In this document: positions 33,671 through 36,732 of the stretch, piece after piece
How positions within the stretch are numbered: position 1 is the stretch's first letter
Layout of the letters: each line of letters starts with the position of its first letter
DNA from: a virus
Length of the DNA stretch: 36,732 nt
IMG/VR virus record: IMGVR_UViG_3300029922_000179
Reading direction: 5' to 3' (one strand)
Position numbers and translations under genes: made by a program
Notes under the pieces: generated by a model
Database searches by the model: none
Seen by the model: the letters and a program-made list of their open reading frames with translations, nothing else
Told to the model about the DNA's origin: nothing

Positions 33671-33949
33671 ATGAACACAAAAATCTTAGCAGTTTCCGGC
33701 GGTTTCTATTTCTTTGGAACAGAAATTACTGCGCAGGCCGATGGCTATATCGCCCTCAAAAACGCCGCGATGTTTGGTGGTTTTTCTGGTGGAAAAGGGT
33801 TGCCTGGGGTGGCGCGCGGCGATAAGTCGTCGACAGTCATACTGGACCAATTCGTTCCAGAAGAAGAGCTGCTGTTTCCAGTAACGGCCGTGTTTGCAAT
33901 TCTCCCTTCCATCGATCTCTATACCTTCAAAGGTACTACTTTACGATAA
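33671..33949 (+). CDS. Hypothetical protein (92 aa), first gene of the MoxR/vWA/array block
   Basis: AAGGAG lies 6 nt upstream of the ATG at 33671. Contains a GGFSGGKGLPGVARGD motif. Confidence 0.55.
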   Translation: MNTKILAVSGGFYFFGTEITAQADGYIALKNAAMFGGFSGGKGLPGVARGDKSSTVILDQFVPEEELLFPVTAVFAILPSIDLYTFKGTTLR

Positions 33950-34016
33950 ATAGGATTTCCAGAAGGGTCGCTAAATAGCGGCCTTCCTTCATCGTACAAA
34001 AACAAGAGGAGTAGTC

Positions 34017-34805
34017 ATGAGAAAATTATTCTCGCCACACATACCCGTCCTTTTAATTGGCCCTCCCGGCATAGGAAAAACGGAACGCGTACAGTCGTAT
34101 TTCGACCACGCCGAAGTCATGCTGACATCGACGCTTGTCGAGGAGGACATCGGCGGACTTCCCTATCGCGAGGGGGAATACGATTACCGCACCATTCCTG
34201 CTATGTTTCGTCGGCTAGAAGAAGCCAACACAAATGGTAAAACAACTGTTCTTTTTCTTGATGAGCTGGATAAGGCAAGGCGCTCTGTAGCTGACACGTT
34301 GCTAACCCTTATTGCCTCGCGTAAAGTTGGATCTGCTTCATTACCGAAAAATACGTGCATTGTTGCCGCTGGCAATCCCCCAGAGTTCGGCGGCGGTGAT
34401 GGAATTAGCGAGGCGATGCTATCACGATTTGCAGTCGTTGACTGCGAGCCGGATATTCTGGAATGGTGCGAATGGGCCAAGAAAAATTTCTCTCCCGAGA
34501 TAGCCAGCGGTGTGATCAATGCGATAAAGACGGGAGAAATGCCGATCTTCGATCGCACAGGAGAAGGTCTCGATAAACGTATTTCTTCTCCCAGAACTAT
34601 TGCGATGGCTCTTCGCGCCGTAGGAATGTTTTCGCCGGGAAGCGACGAACTTTCGCGATTGGTTCGGGGACTTCTTACGCCAGCAGTGGCAAGCCAGCTT
34701 CTCTATCTTGTGCGTAATCAACACAATGATGTACTTGATGTCGCTACTGGCTCTGCAAAAAGAAGCTCGTTAAAGAAGTCGGTTATACAACCGGTGAGAC
34801 TCTGA
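34017..34805 (+). CDS. MoxR-like AAA+ ATPase
   Basis: Walker A LLIGPPGIGKTE, Walker B VLFLDELDKA, sensor-1-like IVAAGNPPE. AGAGGAG SD. Confidence 0.8.
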   Translation: MRKLFSPHIPVLLIGPPGIGKTERVQSYFDHAEVMLTSTLVEEDIGGLPYREGEYDYRTIPAMFRRLEEANTNGKTTVLFLDELDKARRSVADTLLTLIASRKVGSASLPKNTCIVAAGNPPEFGGGDGISEAMLSRFAVVDCEPDILEWCEWAKKNFSPEIASGVINAIKTGEMPIFDRTGEGLDKRISSPRTIAMALRAVGMFSPGSDELSRLVRGLLTPAVASQLLYLVRNQHNDVLDVATGSAKRSSLKKSVIQPVRL

Positions 34806-34807
34806 TC

Positions 34808-35854
34808 ATGCTTACCGCTGCCCCTATAATTCGTAAGCCCCTGTCCTTAATTGGGGCGCCTGGCTTGACCGACTTTGTCAAGATATACATCGCTTCAGAA
34901 CTTAACAAGCGAGAATATCGTACGACCCTGCGTCATGAGCAAGCACATGTTTGGGCTGGCCATAACCGTAGACGGCCAAAAGATGCTGTCGACAAGTTGT
35001 GGCGCATCGCCTGCGAAATGGAAATTGCAAAGACGATCTACGACGATATTGATATTGAAAACATCAATGCTCCTCGTTCTAGATTATCTGGTGGGTATCT
35101 CCCTGATACGTTGGCGAATATGCCCGTAGGCATTATCTTAGCAGAAGACATCTACGAATGGCTTCTGCAACAATCGGAAAACGAGATACCAGACGTCGAA
35201 TGCACATGCTCCTGTACATGCAATTCTGACCGAGATGAGGAGTCAGATCAACCCGATGCGTCTACGATGGTAGAATCCGCGCGCGCGGCTCTGGACGATA
35301 TCGACAAGGTCGGGGATGCGCAAGCCGCAGTAACTAGCAACTATAATCACTTGAAGAACCGCACCCCTTCTCTCACTGACGAAGTAGACGCGGCTTTACG
35401 GGTGAGAGTAGAAAGAGAGCGCACACATAGACGGCCTTCTCGTAGGGACTCTCCAAATGTAATCCTTCCTGGCGCCGTATCGATTCCTAGACCGCCTCTG
35501 GTAGAGATATTCGTCGATAGAAGTGGCTCGTTCTCTTCTGACAAAACCGCCCAAGCTGAAATTCGGCTAAAAAAAATACTGGCAAAATACGGCGCTAGTA
35601 TAGCCGCTGATGTTTGGTTCTTTGGGAATGGTAGAATATCGGCCAGCGATATAAGAGGTGGAGGGGATACGCCATACCATCTAATCGCCCAACATCTCGC
35701 CGTCTCTTTGCCGAAGATAGCCATCGTAATTACCGACGATGATCCGGTAGAAAACTCAATTAAGCCGGTTTTAGGGCCAGTTATAATTTGCGTTCCCGTG
35801 GGATGCACATCTACAAATTTAGCCCGTCGCCTCGGCGGAAAAGACGTTGCATGA
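34808..35854 (+). CDS. Zincin-like metallopeptidase domain + vWA (MIDAS) domain protein (DUF2201-like architecture)
   Basis: HExxH in LRHEQAHVWAGH. MIDAS DxSxS in EIFVDRSGSFSS. Later AIVITDDD strand. Starts 2 nt after the MoxR stop, and its own stop overlaps the first array ATG (ATGA). Confidence 0.7.
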   Translation: MLTAAPIIRKPLSLIGAPGLTDFVKIYIASELNKREYRTTLRHEQAHVWAGHNRRRPKDAVDKLWRIACEMEIAKTIYDDIDIENINAPRSRLSGGYLPDTLANMPVGIILAEDIYEWLLQQSENEIPDVECTCSCTCNSDRDEESDQPDASTMVESARAALDDIDKVGDAQAAVTSNYNHLKNRTPSLTDEVDAALRVRVERERTHRRPSRRDSPNVILPGAVSIPRPPLVEIFVDRSGSFSSDKTAQAEIRLKKILAKYGASIAADVWFFGNGRISASDIRGGGDTPYHLIAQHLAVSLPKIAIVITDDDPVENSIKPVLGPVIICVPVGCTSTNLARRLGGKDVA

Positions 35855-36138
35855 AATATCCCAAAGGCTACGGCGACGGCGACGGCTACGGCGACGGCGA
35901 CGGCTACGGCTACGGCGACGGCTACGGCTACGGCGACGGCGACGGCGACGGCTACGGCGACGGCGACGGCTACGGCAACGGCAACGGCAACGGCGACGGC
36001 GACGGCTACGGCAACGGCAACGGCTACGGCGACGGCTCCGGCAACGGCTACGGCTACGGCTCCGGCGACGGCTACGGCTACGGCTACGGCTACGGCTACG
36101 GCGACGGCCGCTACCCCTACAGTCTGGTGACGCGATGA
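35851..36138 (+). CDS. Gly-X repeat micro-protein, unit 1 (95 aa)
   Basis: The ATG at 35851 overlaps the vWA gene stop (ATGA). Product is MKYPKG-(G-X)n-GDGRYPYSLVTR. The ORF-track start at 35788 lies inside the vWA gene and is unlikely. Confidence 0.6.
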   Translation: MKYPKGYGDGDGYGDGDGYGYGDGYGYGDGDGDGYGDGDGYGNGNGNGDGDGYGNGNGYGDGSGNGYGYGSGDGYGYGYGYGYGDGRYPYSLVTR

Positions 36139-36434
36139 AATATCCCAAAGGCTACGGCGACGGCTACGGCTACGGCTCCGGCAACGGCTACGGCTACGGC
36201 AACGGCTACGGCGACGGCTACGGCTACGGCGACGGCGACGGCGACGGCTACGGCGACGGCGACGGCTACGGCAACGGCAACGGCAACGGCGACGGCGACG
36301 GCTACGGCAACGGCAACGGCTACGGCGACGGCTCCGGCAACGGCTACGGCTACGGCTCCGGCGACGGCTACGGCTACGGCTCCGGCTACGGCTACGGCTA
36401 CGACCGCTACCCCTACAGTCTGGTGACGCGATGA
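36135..36434 (+). CDS. Gly-X repeat micro-protein, unit 2 (99 aa)
   Basis: ATG at 36135 inside the conserved junction. The ORF-track 35847 ORF merely reads through unit 1 in the LRRR frame. Confidence 0.6.
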   Translation: MKYPKGYGDGYGYGSGNGYGYGNGYGDGYGYGDGDGDGYGDGDGYGNGNGNGDGDGYGNGNGYGDGSGNGYGYGSGDGYGYGSGYGYGYDRYPYSLVTR

Positions 36435-36688
36435 AATATCCCAAAGGCTACGGCGACGGCAACGGCTACGGCGACGGCTACGGCGACGGCTACGGCGACG
36501 GCTACGGCTACGGCAACGGCAACGGCTACGGCGACGGCTACGGCTACGGCGACGGCTACGGCTACGGCGACGGCTCCGGCTACGGCTACGGCTCCGGCAA
36601 CGGCTACGGCTACGGCAACGGCAACGGCGACGGCTCCGGCTACGGCTACGGCGACGGCCGCTACCCCTACAGTCTGGTGACGCGATGA
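36431..36688 (+). CDS. Gly-X repeat micro-protein, unit 3 (85 aa)
   Basis: ORF track. Same architecture; ATGA overlaps. Confidence 0.6.
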   Translation: MKYPKGYGDGNGYGDGYGDGYGDGYGYGNGNGYGDGYGYGDGYGYGDGSGYGYGSGNGYGYGNGNGDGSGYGYGDGRYPYSLVTR

Positions 36689-36732
36689 AATATCCCAAAG
36701 GCTACGGCGACGGCTACGGCGACGGCTACGGC
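36685..36732 (+). CDS. 5' fragment of unit 4 (identical to 64..111)
   Basis: MKYPKGYGDGYGDGYG..., truncated by the window end. Confidence 0.55.
   Translation, partial: MKYPKGYGDGYGDGYG

Larger units (their letters stand above)
35851..36732 (+). repeat. Right part of the tandem gene array
   Basis: Identical 45-nt junctions start at 36109, 36405 and 36659. Units 1 and 2 share a long identical core block (GDGDGDGYGDGDGYGNGNGNGDGDGYGNGNGYGDGSGNGYGYGSGDGYGYG). Confidence 0.9.

Noticed and set aside
35788-35850. ORF-track start at 35788 for the first array unit
   Set aside because: It would lie inside the vWA gene in another frame. All other units start at the junction ATG, and the ATG at 35851 reproduces the ATGA coupling.
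35347-36698. Minus-strand ORFs of 109-365 aa and the plus-strand LRRRR-frame ORF (35847..36434) over the right array
   Set aside because: Same low-complexity open-frame artefact. The 365-aa ORF also runs antisense into the well-supported vWA gene.

Overview
The window is an essentially complete, circularly permuted tailed-phage genome of about 36.6 kb, probably podovirus-like. The two ends overlap exactly: 1..111 is identical to 36622..36732, which implies a unit length near 36,621 bp. One tightly packed minus-strand late operon runs from 29594 down to 5023. It carries small head genes, large terminase, portal, scaffold-like protein, major capsid, Ig-like-repeat virion proteins, two GNAT acetyltransferases, three large internal-virion-like proteins, glycine-rich and other tail fibres, and a lysis cassette (membrane coiled-coil protein, Asp/Asn-hydroxylase-like cupin, GH24 endolysin, holin-like protein). 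Plus-strand early and accessory genes run 31134..35854 and, after the array, 1259..5022. They include an XRE/Cro-like regulator, many micro-proteins, an Ala-rich tetrapeptide-repeat protein, a MoxR-like AAA+ ATPase, a zincin+vWA protein, and a YqaJ/RecT/DUF1064 recombination module. I recognised no tRNA, rRNA, CRISPR array, integrase, reverse transcriptase or DNA polymerase. The most unusual element spans the window ends (35851..36732 plus 1..1202). It is eight tandem, translationally coupled micro-genes with ATGA stop/start overlaps, the first coupled to the vWA gene. Each encodes MKYPKG-(Gly-X)n-RYPYSLVTR with X restricted to Tyr/Asp/Asn/Ser, built from a GGC-NAC/TCC hexanucleotide with no synonymous variation that I could see. 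I treat MoxR + zincin-vWA + this (Gly-X)n array as a candidate undescribed phage accessory system. Other oddities are two 13-aa hyper-basic micro-ORFs next to the portal gene, a roughly 1.4 kb apparently non-coding region with extreme strand-asymmetric composition and interleaved dyads between the divergent promoters, and a second repeat locus showing only non-synonymous variation (31868..32047). All coordinates and motifs were derived by eye from the sequence and the ORF track. No database search was run.
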